A DNA stretch of 64,000 nt from NCBI GenBank assembly GCA_011045955.1, contig DSBV01000095.1:285-64284 (forward strand), given 5' to 3'. Positions within the stretch are counted from its first letter, which is position 1. Each line of letters begins with the position of its first letter. Position numbers and translations under genes: made by a program. Under the pieces are notes generated by a model. The model had not been told where the DNA came from and searched no databases. It was given only the letters and a program-made list of their open reading frames with translations. Shown here in pieces: positions 29,617 to 38,825 of the stretch. Origin of the DNA: Bacteroidales bacterium (GTDB taxonomy: Bacteria; Bacteroidota; Bacteroidia; Bacteroidales; Tenuifilaceae).

Positions 29617-31197
29617 CTAAAACTCTTGTTCCTTTTGCTTTGGGTAATCGATGGAGTAATGTAGCCCCCTGCTCTCGTGCATTTCCTGTGCCGATTTAAT
29701 TATCAGGTAACCAACATTTATCATATTGCGAAGTTCGCAAAGCTTTTGGGTAAGAATTGATTTCTTGTATAGCTCTTCGGTTTCGCGGTAAAGTATTTCC
29801 AGTCGGGTTAATGCACGCTGCAAGCGCAGGTTGGAGCGTACAATACCTACGTAACTGCTCATTATTTGCTGCATCTCGCGGTAACTTTGCGTAATAAGTA
29901 CCATCTCCTCGTTATGAATTGTACCCTCGTAGTTCCATTCGGGTATAGAGTGGTTTACTTCATAATGCATATAGTGTTCCATGGAATACTGTGCGCCACG
30001 ATGGGCATAAACAATTGCCTCAACTAGCGAATTAGAGGCTAACCTATTGGCTCCATGCAAACCGGTTGATGAGCACTCGCCTACGGCGTAAAGCCTTTTT
30101 ATGGTTGATTGAGCATAAGTATCGACCTTAATCCCACCACACAGGTAATGCGCTGCGGGCACAACTGGTATCATATCTTTGGTAATGTCAATTCCCAGCG
30201 ATAAGCATTTCTGGTAGATGGTAGGGAAATGATCGATTATCTCCTTGGGTTCCTTAAAGGTAACGTCGAGGTAAACAAAATCATCGCCCCTTACCTTCAT
30301 CTCATTATCAATGGCACGGGCAACAATGTCGCGCGGGGCAAGCGACCCTCGTGGGTCGTACTTATGCATGAATTCCTTCCCGTCGATGGTTTTAAGCACA
30401 CCTCCAAAACCTCGCATGGCCTCAGTTATTAAAAACGAAGGGCGCTCGCCAGGATTGTAAAGCGATGTGGGGTGAAACTGCACAAAAGCCATGTTCTCAA
30501 CCTGTCCTTTTGCCCGGTAAACCATTGCAATGCCATCGCCCGTTGCAACGGACGGGTTGGTGGTGGTGTTATAGATGTTTCCTGTGCCACCGGTTGCCAA
30601 AACGGTTATTCGGCTCAAAAAAGTATGAACCTCCTGCGTTTTGAGGTTAAGCACATACGCACCAAAACAAGTAATATTAGGATTACCACGTTTTACCTCT
30701 TGTCCAAGGTGGTGCTGGGTAATTATTTCAACAGCAAAATGGTTCTCATAAATGGTAATATTGGGGTGTTGTCTAACACGGTTACTCAAAACCCTCTGAA
30801 TTTCGGCACCGGTATTATCCTTATGGTGAAGAATGCGATGTTCAGAATGTCCACCCTCACAAGCTAAATCGTATTGGCCATTGGGTTTACGGTCGAATTT
30901 TACGCCCCATCCTATAAGTTGTTTTATTTGAGCAGGGGCTTCGTTAACCACCATTCGAACCACCTCCTCGTTACAAAGCCCATCGCCACAAATAAGTGTA
31001 TCGTGAATGTGTTTTTCGGTTGTATCGGGGTCGTATGTTACAGCGGCTATGCCTCCCTGTGCGTATGCTGTACTGGTTTCGTTTAATCTATCCTTAGTAA
31101 CCACAATAACCTTTGCGCGATCGGCTACTTTAAGGGCAAAGCTGAGCCCACCTATGCCTGACCCTATTACTAGAAAATCGGTTTCAATCTTGCTCAT
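29617..31197 (-). CDS. nadB: L-aspartate oxidase
   Basis: VIGSGIGGL, STAYAQGGIA, EGGHSEHRILH, VQFHPT, LITEAMRG, LAPRDIVAR, PAAHYLCGG, GLHGANRLASNSL, ESRGLHY. Confidence 0.97.
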   Translation of the reverse strand: MSKIETDFLVIGSGIGGLSFALKVADRAKVIVVTKDRLNETSTAYAQGGIAAVTYDPDTTEKHIHDTLICGDGLCNEEVVRMVVNEAPAQIKQLIGWGVKFDRKPNGQYDLACEGGHSEHRILHHKDNTGAEIQRVLSNRVRQHPNITIYENHFAVEIITQHHLGQEVKRGNPNITCFGAYVLNLKTQEVHTFLSRITVLATGGTGNIYNTTTNPSVATGDGIAMVYRAKGQVENMAFVQFHPTSLYNPGERPSFLITEAMRGFGGVLKTIDGKEFMHKYDPRGSLAPRDIVARAIDNEMKVRGDDFVYLDVTFKEPKEIIDHFPTIYQKCLSLGIDITKDMIPVVPAAHYLCGGIKVDTYAQSTIKRLYAVGECSSTGLHGANRLASNSLVEAIVYAHRGAQYSMEHYMHYEVNHSIPEWNYEGTIHNEEMVLITQSYREMQQIMSSYVGIVRSNLRLQRALTRLEILYRETEELYKKSILTQKLCELRNMINVGYLIIKSAQEMHESRGLHYSIDYPKQKEQEF

Positions 31198-31272
31198 TGG
31201 GTTTAAGTTTTAAAGCAAAAATTGCCGTGTAATGTTTGAGCAAAGCTATGAATTACTATGATGTAAACAAAA

Positions 31273-32046
31273 CTAAATGCTGATTGGAATCCGTTTTCGC
31301 TGTTTAAAGCCAATAATCTCTTTATACCCTATCGATTTAAGAAGATTTATCGCTTCGTCGAAATACTGCCCAATGTTCTGCTCCACGTGAGCGTCGCTTC
31401 CCAGAGTTATGGGAACACGGTAGTGGTGAAGTACTTCAAGAAAATTGACCGATGGGTAAAACTCAGCACAAGGTTTGTTATTTCCGCTGGTATTTAGCTC
31501 AACCACCACACCGCTTTCGCTGAAAATTCGGGCACACTGTTCGTAGATTTTTTGCATCTTAAAGGATGGGTAAACCGCAAACTTCTTTGCCAAATCGGCA
31601 TGCCCAATAATATCGAACATTCCGGTTTGAGCAGCCTCACCAATCAGCCTAAAATAGGCACGGTAAAACATATCAATATCAATTTCATTATACCCGTTGA
31701 TATCGGTATCAAAATTCCAATCATCAATAAAGTGAACCGACCCAATAACATAATCCAAGGGCATCGATTTGATTAAATTTCGGGTTTGGTCAACCAATCC
31801 AGGAATATAATCAACCTCGGCACCAAATCGAATGGTAACCGAATTCGACTTTTTCTGAATATGACCAATTAAATTGATCAGTTCAGGTAATCTTTTTAAG
31901 TCCATTGCCCAAGCAACGGGTTTAAGGGATATGTGATCGCTAAAACCGATTTCGCTAAATCCCGATGCCTGGGCAGCGTAAACCATTTCATCATGTGTAT
32001 GATGTCCATCGGAAAAATTGGTATGCATGTGGTAGTCGGGATACAT
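31273..32046 (-). CDS. PHP-family histidinol-phosphatase (HisJ-like)
   Basis: DYHMHT.FSDG, FSDH, IGSVH, IGHAD, ELNTSG, GSDAH. Confidence 0.85.
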   Translation of the reverse strand: MYPDYHMHTNFSDGHHTHDEMVYAAQASGFSEIGFSDHISLKPVAWAMDLKRLPELINLIGHIQKKSNSVTIRFGAEVDYIPGLVDQTRNLIKSMPLDYVIGSVHFIDDWNFDTDINGYNEIDIDMFYRAYFRLIGEAAQTGMFDIIGHADLAKKFAVYPSFKMQKIYEQCARIFSESGVVVELNTSGNNKPCAEFYPSVNFLEVLHHYRVPITLGSDAHVEQNIGQYFDEAINLLKSIGYKEIIGFKQRKRIPISI

Positions 32047-32143
32047 CACAAGTCGGTTTTAACTTCATAACAAAATTCTTCCTTAATGGGTTCATATCAA
32101 ATATATCACATTTATTGCTATTATTGCCAAAATTTTTCCCGAT

Positions 32144-32416
32144 TTGGTTGCAGTTGTAAGCATAATGGCTGGCGGTATGCTGCTTGGTTTTCTTTTGAAA
32201 GCAAGACAACGTGTGGTTTCGGCTAACGAAAAACTTATAACCTATGCTATTTACCTACTGCTTTTTATGATGGGTGTTAGCATTGGATCGAACGATCAAA
32301 TAATGAATTCACTGAGTTCGCTTGGGGTGCTGGCTTTAATCGTATCGGCTGGCGCAGTGGCCGGAAGCATTCTAACGGGTTTTGTAATTTTTAAGATATT
32401 TTTTAAAAACGATTGA
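32144..32416 (+). CDS. LysO/DUF340 family exporter, small subunit
   Basis: Three TM helices, LLLFMMGVSIG motif; overlaps the next gene (TTGA). Confidence 0.7.
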   Translation: MVAVVSIMAGGMLLGFLLKARQRVVSANEKLITYAIYLLLFMMGVSIGSNDQIMNSLSSLGVLALIVSAGAVAGSILTGFVIFKIFFKND

Positions 32417-33021
32417 GGTTGAAAGGGAGTGTAATCATACTTTCGTTTTTTACGATGGGTCTATTATTTGGCCGCTATACGCATATAAACGAATGGCTTA
32501 GCGGTATCGATTATAGTTCGCTTTCGCTTTACCTGCTGATGTTTTTGGTAGGAATTAGTATTGGTTCCGATACCCGATCGCTTCAAGCTCTCAAAAACAT
32601 GAACCTGAAAATCCTTTTAATTCCAACAGCAACCATTGTAGGAACAACTATAGGTGTATGGTTTGTGTCGATTTTCGTCGCTAGATATTCCCTTAAAGAG
32701 CTAATGGCTGTTGGTGCAGGCTACGGTTATTACACCCTTTCGAGTATTATTATCAAGAATAACCACAGCGATGCATTAGGCGTGGTTGCCTTGCTCTCAA
32801 ATGTCATTCGTGAAATTATTACTCTGCTTCTGGCACCAATTATTGCAATTTATTTCGGCAAAATAGCACCAATCTGTTCGGGTGGTGCTACCAGTATGGA
32901 CACCACTTTGCCTATCATTTCAAGTGCATCGGGTAAAGAGTATGCTATACCTTCGTTAATTCATGGAATAATTCTAACCATACTGGTACCATTTATTGTT
33001 ACGCTTTTACTATCACTCTAA
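32413..33021 (+). CDS. LysO/DUF340 family exporter
   Basis: LLMFLVGISIG, GYGYYTLSSI, SNVIREI, GGATSMDTTLP. Confidence 0.85.
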   Translation: MRLKGSVIILSFFTMGLLFGRYTHINEWLSGIDYSSLSLYLLMFLVGISIGSDTRSLQALKNMNLKILLIPTATIVGTTIGVWFVSIFVARYSLKELMAVGAGYGYYTLSSIIIKNNHSDALGVVALLSNVIREIITLLLAPIIAIYFGKIAPICSGGATSMDTTLPIISSASGKEYAIPSLIHGIILTILVPFIVTLLLSL

Positions 33022-33032
33022 AACATAAAACC

Positions 33033-33824
33033 ATGAAGATCAGAAATTTATTGCTTGCAGCAATTACATTACCGCTGATTATCGCGTGCACAGGGAAAAG
33101 CGAAAAAGAACAGTATAACCAGGATCACCTGATTTACGCAACTATTTGGTATCAAAACTCACCCGAAATAAAAGCCTTGTACTACCAAGGTTTCAACATT
33201 GCAGGCGAACGGGTAAAACAGTTTTCTAAAACCAAAACGGCAAAACCCAAAGCCGTAGTAGTTGATATTGATGAAACCATGCTAAACAATTCGCCATTTC
33301 AGGCTCAGGAAATACTTGATAACAAAGAGTTCTCAAGCGAATTCTGGAATGAGTGGAGCCAACTTGCCGGGGCCGAAGCTACACCCGGTGCCGTTGAGTT
33401 CAGTAAACTTTGCGATTCGTTAGGCCTTCCCATTTTCTACATCAGTAACCGAAAGGTTAACGAATCTGAGGCTACTCTTCGCAACCTCGATTCTCTTGGT
33501 TTTGCTTTTGCAAAACCAGAGTTCTTAATCCTCAGGGACAATGAGAGTAGTAAGAAAACCCGTCGCGAAAAGGTGTTGGAAAACTATGAAATAGTTCTTC
33601 TTATTGGCGATAACCTTAACGATTTTTCTGAGGTTTTTGAGGACCGAAGCGATAGCTGGGGTACACCCACCGTAGAGAAATTTAAAAAGGAGTTTGGAAA
33701 CCGATTTATAGTTCTGCCCAACCCCATGTACGGCGACTGGGAAAAGAATATCTACCCCAAACGAGACATGCTGCCTGCCCAGCAGGATAGTGCACGCCAG
33801 TCGGTTTTAAAGGGCTTTAAGTAA
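33033..33824 (+). CDS. 5'-nucleotidase lipoprotein, e(P4) family (class C acid phosphatase)
   Basis: Lipobox IIAC, HAD motif VVVDIDETMLNNS, YISNR, IGDNLNDF, LPNPMYGDW. Confidence 0.9.
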   Translation: MKIRNLLLAAITLPLIIACTGKSEKEQYNQDHLIYATIWYQNSPEIKALYYQGFNIAGERVKQFSKTKTAKPKAVVVDIDETMLNNSPFQAQEILDNKEFSSEFWNEWSQLAGAEATPGAVEFSKLCDSLGLPIFYISNRKVNESEATLRNLDSLGFAFAKPEFLILRDNESSKKTRREKVLENYEIVLLIGDNLNDFSEVFEDRSDSWGTPTVEKFKKEFGNRFIVLPNPMYGDWEKNIYPKRDMLPAQQDSARQSVLKGFK

Positions 33825-33842
33825 AAGCAACATGTTTTCACC

Positions 33843-33870
33843 AAAAAGGGCGAAAAAATCGCCCTTTTTT
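33843..33870 (+). terminator. Intrinsic terminator
   Basis: AAAAAGGGCGA-AAAAA-TCGCCCTTTTTT. Confidence 0.8.
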
Positions 33871-33997
33871 ATTTAGAAATACTGTCAATTATGGCGATTC
33901 ATCCATTTGTTTATTAATTACTTGCATTATTTTAGTAATTTTGAATGCGGAGATGTTATTCCATATTTAGTATGTTTTAACCCCAAATTTTAATACC

Positions 33998-35097
33998 ATT
34001 AGAAGTTTAATACGCCTGTTGATACCCGCACTTGTTTTGCTTTCATGTACAAAGTCAAAGCATGAACCAATAGCTTACTTTACTCAAGAAATTTCACCCG
34101 AGGGATTCATGAAGGTTTACAAGCAGATTTCCAAAAACCTCGAAGGCAAAGTAGGCGTTATGGTTCACTTTGACGAGGAAGGTAATACCTATTACGTTAA
34201 ACCAGAGTTATTTAAGAACATTGTTCTGGATTGCCAGGGAACTTTCATTGAGACCAATGTTCTCTACAAAAGTTTAAGGCAAAAAACCGAAACCCATATT
34301 GCGCTAGCCAAACAGCATGGATTTACCTATGTGCCTATCGATATTTTAGACGATAAGGGGGAACTCGTAATTGAAAATGTGCCCGGATGTAAACACTTCA
34401 ATAAGTTTTATTACGGGAAAAAATATTGATGAGTACATTTCATTCCTAATAATTTCACATTTTATAGGTCATGGTTCAGCTGGCTTTGGTGGAGTCATAC
34501 AAAACATTTCGATGGGATTTGCAATCCCTCGAGGGAAACTAGCCATGCATAGGAATAATTACCCTGTATGCGATAGAGATAGGTGCACTAATTGCGACAG
34601 TTGTGCACTGCAATGCCCGGCAAATGCCATTTCAACTAATCCCTTTTGGATTGATGTAGACAAATATACCGGCTGAGGCAAGTGCATTGATGTTTGCCCG
34701 AACAAAGCTTTACGTTACCCAAAAGGCGATGTAGATGTTCAAACGGTATTCTATGAGCATCTGTCTGAATACGCTAAGGCTATTTACAATCGCCACAAAA
34801 AATGGTTTTCATCAATTTTTAGTGGATATTTCAACATCGTGCGATTGCTCCCGAAACCCGGAAAAACCCTTTGTGCCAAACATTGGTATTTTGGCCTCAA
34901 CCGATATTGTGGCCATTGAAAAAGCCAGCCACGACCTCGTGGCTAAAGCCCATAGATGCGCCGATCCATTTCTGGAAGTTAACCGTGTAAGCGGTTACAG
35001 GCAAATTTAGTACGCTAATACGTTAGGCATGGGCGAAATGAATTATCGCCTAGTAAATTTGGACAACAACGAAGAAACCCTAGTAATTTCAGAATAG
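33998..35097 (+). pseudogene. DUF362-like Fe-S lipoprotein with 2x[4Fe-4S] ferredoxin insert, disrupted
   Basis: +1 frameshifts at the A6 runs 34418-23 and 34797-802; in-frame TGA 34674-76 and TAG 35008-10. CTNCDSCALQCP is intact and the second motif reads YTG*GKCIDVCP. SCDC and ILASTDIVAIE motifs present. The probable ancestral start is now ATT at 33998. Confidence 0.8.
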
Positions 35098-35148
35098 AGT
35101 TTGTAAACCAACAATTTTGTATCTGTTGCAAAAAAGTAAATAAAGTAA

Positions 35149-35156
35149 TATCTTTG
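35149..35156 (+). promoter_or_regulatory. -7 promoter element of tRNA-Arg
   Basis: TATCTTTG, 11 nt before the tRNA 5' end. Confidence 0.65.
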
Positions 35157-35167
35157 CCAAGCAATTT

Positions 35168-35239
35168 GGCCTTATAGTTCAAGGGATAGAACGGAAGTTT
35201 CCTAAACTTTAGATCCAGGTTCGAGTCCTGGTAAGGCCA
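35168..35239 (+). tRNA. tRNA-Arg, anticodon CCT
   Basis: Acceptor stem GGCCTTA/TAAGGCC, D stem GTTC/GAAC, anticodon arm GAAGT-TTCCTAA-ACTTT, T arm CCAGG-TTCGAGT-CCTGG. CCA is not encoded. Confidence 0.95.
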
Positions 35240-35375
35240 CAAAAGGGGAGAAATTACCCTTTTTTATTTTACTACACCCAACTTCAGGAAAATTGTAAAT
35301 ATTTGCAATATTTCTTGCATTTATTTTATCATTACATTATTTTTATACCAAATTTAATTACAAATTGTAACCTCT

Positions 35376-35861
35376 ATGGCTGAAACGTACAAGGTTGATG
35401 CAATTGACCAAAAAATCCTGTCGTATTTGGTTAAGAATGCACGAATGCCATTTCTGGAAATTGCCCGTGAATGTGGAATATCGGGCGCTGCTATTCATCT
35501 ACGGGTTAAGAAAATGGAAGATGCCGGCATTATTGCCGGTTCACGAATGGTTGTAAAACCAAAAGCCCTTGGCTTTGATGTTTGTGCATTTGTTGGGGTG
35601 CAACTTGTATCAACCAATCTGTATGAGGGAGTAATTAATGCCCTTAAGCTGATGCCCGAGGTGGTTGAGTGCCATTTCATTACAGGCGAATATGCCCTTT
35701 TGCTTAAAATTTTCTGTCGCGACAACGAGCACCTCATGGATGTTCTGGTTAACACCATTCAAAATATCCCGGGAATCTCCCGCACGGAAACCTTCATATC
35801 CCTTGACCAGGCCATTGAGCGTCCGGTTTACGTCAAGGATAAAATTATGATTAAAGGGTAA
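35376..35861 (+). CDS. Lrp/AsnC family transcriptional regulator
   Basis: DAIDQKIL..L.KNARMPF.EIARECGISGAAIH.RVKKME..GII, ECHFITGEY, RTETFI. Confidence 0.93.
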   Translation: MAETYKVDAIDQKILSYLVKNARMPFLEIARECGISGAAIHLRVKKMEDAGIIAGSRMVVKPKALGFDVCAFVGVQLVSTNLYEGVINALKLMPEVVECHFITGEYALLLKIFCRDNEHLMDVLVNTIQNIPGISRTETFISLDQAIERPVYVKDKIMIKG

Positions 35862-35883
35862 TAAGAAGTTTTCTTCAATAAAA

Positions 35884-35908
35884 AAGGCTGAACCCTGGGT
35901 CCAGCCTT
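35884..35908. terminator. Probable bidirectional terminator
   Basis: AAGGCTG...CAGCCTT inverted repeat between convergent genes. Confidence 0.55.
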
Positions 35909-35925
35909 AATTTTATCTCGTTTTT

Positions 35926-36147
35926 TTAGTAATCTTCTTCATCATAGGCGTCATCATCATAGTAATCTTCAAAAGAGTCATTCAAATCGTAATCGTCCAG
36001 ATCTTCAAACTCATCAATCTCTTCATAAAAAGAGCGCTTTAAATTCTTCTCCTTTTTAACGGGTTTCAACTTTTTGGCTCTCTTCAACTCGTCGGAATCG
36101 AAAGAATCGTTCTTTACGGGTTTCCGAAAATCTTTCTTTGACTTCAT
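35926..36147 (-). CDS. Small charged hypothetical protein (basic N-half, D/E/Y-rich C-half)
   Basis: 73-74 aa ORF in an otherwise empty interval, ending at the shared hairpin; strongly biased composition. Confidence 0.65.
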   Translation of the reverse strand: MKSKKDFRKPVKNDSFDSDELKRAKKLKPVKKEKNLKRSFYEEIDEFEDLDDYDLNDSFEDYYDDDAYDEEDY

Positions 36148-36373
36148 CACAAGAAAAATTAAGATGTTTCCTTTGTTTTTTACTATTTAAGGTTTAACAA
36201 TAAAAATATCAACCACAATTTTAAGTATTTTTTTCGTTGCAAGGTATTGGGTTACTGTATGATTAAAAATTTTACGTTTAAAGCAGATTATTTTACCAAG
36301 TTACACTTCGACTACATAAAAGTCAATACTTTTTCATCGAATAACTATTTTTTTTTACATAAACACATTTAAG

Positions 36374-36381
36374 TACTTTTG
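36374..36381 (+). promoter_or_regulatory. -7 promoter element of the AEC transporter
   Basis: TACTTTTG overlaps the track's TTG start, which supports ATG 36400 as the true start. Confidence 0.5.
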
Positions 36382-36399
36382 CGATGTTTAAAAAGCAAT

Positions 36400-37350
36400 A
36401 TGGGCTCCGAGGTAATTATCCACCAGCTGCTAATTTTTGGCGTTTTAATGATAGTGGGCGCTTTAGGTTCCTACTTCGGAATCATTAAGGACGAAGCCAA
36501 AGACTTCCTGTCGCGCTTCATTATCGATATTACCCTGCCCTGCCTGATTTTTTCAACATTTGCTAAAATTGATAGTAATCCAGCGCTACTTATCAACGGT
36601 TTAATAGTATTTGGTTTTACCTTTGCTAACCTTGCAATAGCGCTTATAGCTGGAACTATCTCGGCCCGCCTACAAGGTTTGAATCAGGCAAACACTACCG
36701 TTCATAGCCTTCACACCATGTTTGGAAACATTGTGTTTTTAGGCTATCCGCTTTTTGATGCTCTATTCCCGGGCGGAATTGGTATTTTCTATGCAGCTGC
36801 TTATCAACTTGCTTCAAATTCGGTTACTTTCACCTACGGGATATACAGGCTAAGTTCTGGTCAGGCAAAATCGGGGCTAAAAAGTTTGCTTAACATCAAC
36901 ACCTTTGCCTTGCTCATTGGTTTTACAATTACCGCACTGGGCATAAAAATTCCAATATTTTTAGTAGATGCACTTAGCGGATTAGGGAAAGCAACCAGCC
37001 CTCTTTCCATGGTATACATTGGAGCCTTACTTGCGGGTATAGGTATACGTCAATCGGTTAGCCATAAGAGTATTTACCTACTTAGCCTCAATAAGTTAGT
37101 TTTACTGCCAGTATTATTGGGCATTATCTACTTATGGATATTCAGATTTTTCAACCTTGAAATATCGCGCGAAGCCTTTATTGTACTGGTTATGCAAATG
37201 GCCATGCCCTGCCAAACAATTATAGTGGTTATGAGCAGACGTTATGGTGGAAACTACCAGCTTGCTGCTGGTAATCTGTTTGTTTCCACGATAATGAGCA
37301 TAGCAACATTGCCAGCCATATACACGTATCTGAACTTTCTTCTGAAATGA
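36400..37350 (+). CDS. AEC (auxin efflux carrier-like) family transporter
   Basis: About 10 TM helices; FGNIVFLGYP, PLSMVYIG, MAMPCQT, LFVSTIMSIATLP. Confidence 0.88.
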   Translation: MGSEVIIHQLLIFGVLMIVGALGSYFGIIKDEAKDFLSRFIIDITLPCLIFSTFAKIDSNPALLINGLIVFGFTFANLAIALIAGTISARLQGLNQANTTVHSLHTMFGNIVFLGYPLFDALFPGGIGIFYAAAYQLASNSVTFTYGIYRLSSGQAKSGLKSLLNINTFALLIGFTITALGIKIPIFLVDALSGLGKATSPLSMVYIGALLAGIGIRQSVSHKSIYLLSLNKLVLLPVLLGIIYLWIFRFFNLEISREAFIVLVMQMAMPCQTIIVVMSRRYGGNYQLAAGNLFVSTIMSIATLPAIYTYLNFLLK

Positions 37351-37351
37351 T

Positions 37352-37912
37352 TTACTTCACAACCAGCTTTACATCAAGAGTAAAATCATCGTAAATCATA
37401 TTATCGCCTAAACCTTGAAAAAACTTACCTGACCCGTAACGAACATTGTAATACGTTCGGTCAACCGTTATTTTCGAAGAGTAAACATTTCCATTACGGG
37501 TAACCTCAAAGGTTATTGGATTAGTTATGCCCTTGATTGTTAAATCGGCTGTTACTTTGGCCTTGTCGCCAGTAAACTTTTCGGAGCGTACATTACTCAG
37601 CAGTGCCACCTTATAGCTTCCTACGCTAAAAAAGTCGTCGGATTTAAGATGGTCTAACAATTTCTTGTTCCAGTCTGGACTTTGCAAATCCTCACAGGTA
37701 ATGGTTTCCATGTTAATAACAAAATTACCTCCAGCAATCTGGTTATCGCGAACAACCAGCTTGCCTTCCTTTAGTTTTACCTGTCCGTAATGTTCACCGC
37801 TTACGTTTTTTGCATTCCATTTCAAGGTGGAACTACTCGCATCGGCAATAAACTCCAGCGACCAAACCGTGGTGCTTACCAAGAGTGCAGTTAGTAATAA
37901 TAAACGCTTCAT
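37352..37912 (-). CDS. YceI family periplasmic lipocalin-like protein
   Basis: Signal peptide, SSTLKWNAK, HLKSDDFF, ADLTIKGITNPITF, VDRTYYNVRYGS. Confidence 0.9.
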   Translation of the reverse strand: MKRLLLLTALLVSTTVWSLEFIADASSSTLKWNAKNVSGEHYGQVKLKEGKLVVRDNQIAGGNFVINMETITCEDLQSPDWNKKLLDHLKSDDFFSVGSYKVALLSNVRSEKFTGDKAKVTADLTIKGITNPITFEVTRNGNVYSSKITVDRTYYNVRYGSGKFFQGLGDNMIYDDFTLDVKLVVK

Positions 37913-38001
37913 TTTCAGGTGATTTAGAGTTACACATTACTAACAAACCAAAGATAAATTTGTTTTTTAGTACCTTAGCCATATCATTAGTTTATTATCC
38001 G

Positions 38002-38457
38002 ATGAGAGTAGTTATTCAGCGTGTAAGCCAAGCCAGCGTATCGGTAAACGGAAGCATAACCGGCACAATCGGCCAAGGCCTTTTAATACTGGCTGGTTTT
38101 GAGCATACCGATACCGACGAAGATATTGAATGGATAGTTGGAAAAATAACCCGCCTGCGAATTTTTAATGATTCCGAGGGCGTTATGAACCTAAGCGTGA
38201 TGGATGTTGACGGACAATTACTGGTAGTAAGCCAATTTACCCTTCATGCAAAAACCAAGAAGGGTAATAGGCCCTCGTATGTTCAAGCTGCGCCCCCTGA
38301 TATAGCCATTCCGCTTTACAAAAAATTTATGACTATGTTGGAAGATATTACTGGTAAAAGGGTTGAGCGCGGCATATTTGGTGCAATGATGGATGTGAGC
38401 CTCACCAATTCTGGACCGGTAACCATTATTATTGACTCAAAAAACAGGGATTTATGA
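38002..38457 (+). CDS. dtd: D-aminoacyl-tRNA deacylase
   Basis: MRVVIQRVSQASV, LRIFND, VSQFTL, KGNRPS, GIFGAMM.VSLTNSGPVT. Confidence 0.95.
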   Translation: MRVVIQRVSQASVSVNGSITGTIGQGLLILAGFEHTDTDEDIEWIVGKITRLRIFNDSEGVMNLSVMDVDGQLLVVSQFTLHAKTKKGNRPSYVQAAPPDIAIPLYKKFMTMLEDITGKRVERGIFGAMMDVSLTNSGPVTIIIDSKNRDL

Positions 38458-38789
38458 CACAACTTACACTCGATGATGCTCAAAAGATTGTTGACGACTG
38501 GATTAAATCCAAAGGGGTTCGATACTTCAATGAACTTACCAATATGACCCTCCTGGTTGAAGAGGTTGGCGAGCTGGCACGAATAATTGCCCGTAAATAC
38601 GGCGAGCAATCGTTTAAGGAAGGCGAAACCGACCATGACCCTGCCCCCGAAATGGCCGATATTCTGTTTGTGCTTATTTGCTTAGCCAATCAAACTGGGG
38701 TTAATTTAACCGAAGCCCTCATGCAAAGTATTGATAAAAAAACTAAACGCGATAGCGAACGGCACCATCGCAATTCCAAATTGTTGTAA
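38454..38789 (+). CDS. MazG-like nucleotide pyrophosphohydrolase
   Basis: EEVGELARIIARKYGEQSFK, EMADILF; ATGA overlap with dtd. Confidence 0.88.
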   Translation: MTQLTLDDAQKIVDDWIKSKGVRYFNELTNMTLLVEEVGELARIIARKYGEQSFKEGETDHDPAPEMADILFVLICLANQTGVNLTEALMQSIDKKTKRDSERHHRNSKLL

Positions 38790-38825
38790 CTTTGTAAACA
38801 CAATCACCATCAAATATTGAAAGCC

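Noticed and set aside
32144-33021. LysO gene split as a pseudogene
   Set aside because: The two parts overlap like coupled genes (TTGA), each has its own LLxFxxGxSIG motif, and two-gene LysO/DUF340 arrangements are natural.
29617-33824. NAD regulon linking nadB and the e(P4) nucleotidase
   Set aside because: They are on opposite strands, separated by three unrelated genes, and I recognised no shared operator.
34674-34676. Selenocysteine codon in the ferredoxin motif
   Set aside because: Not favoured: the neighbouring cluster Cys is already Tyr, the gene has at least three other lesions, and no Sec machinery is visible. It is kept only as a check in the findings.
35168-35239. tRNA-Arg as an integration site of a genomic island
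   Set aside because: I saw no integrase and no duplicated tRNA 3' end (att) in the window, and the downstream genes are ordinary chromosomal genes.
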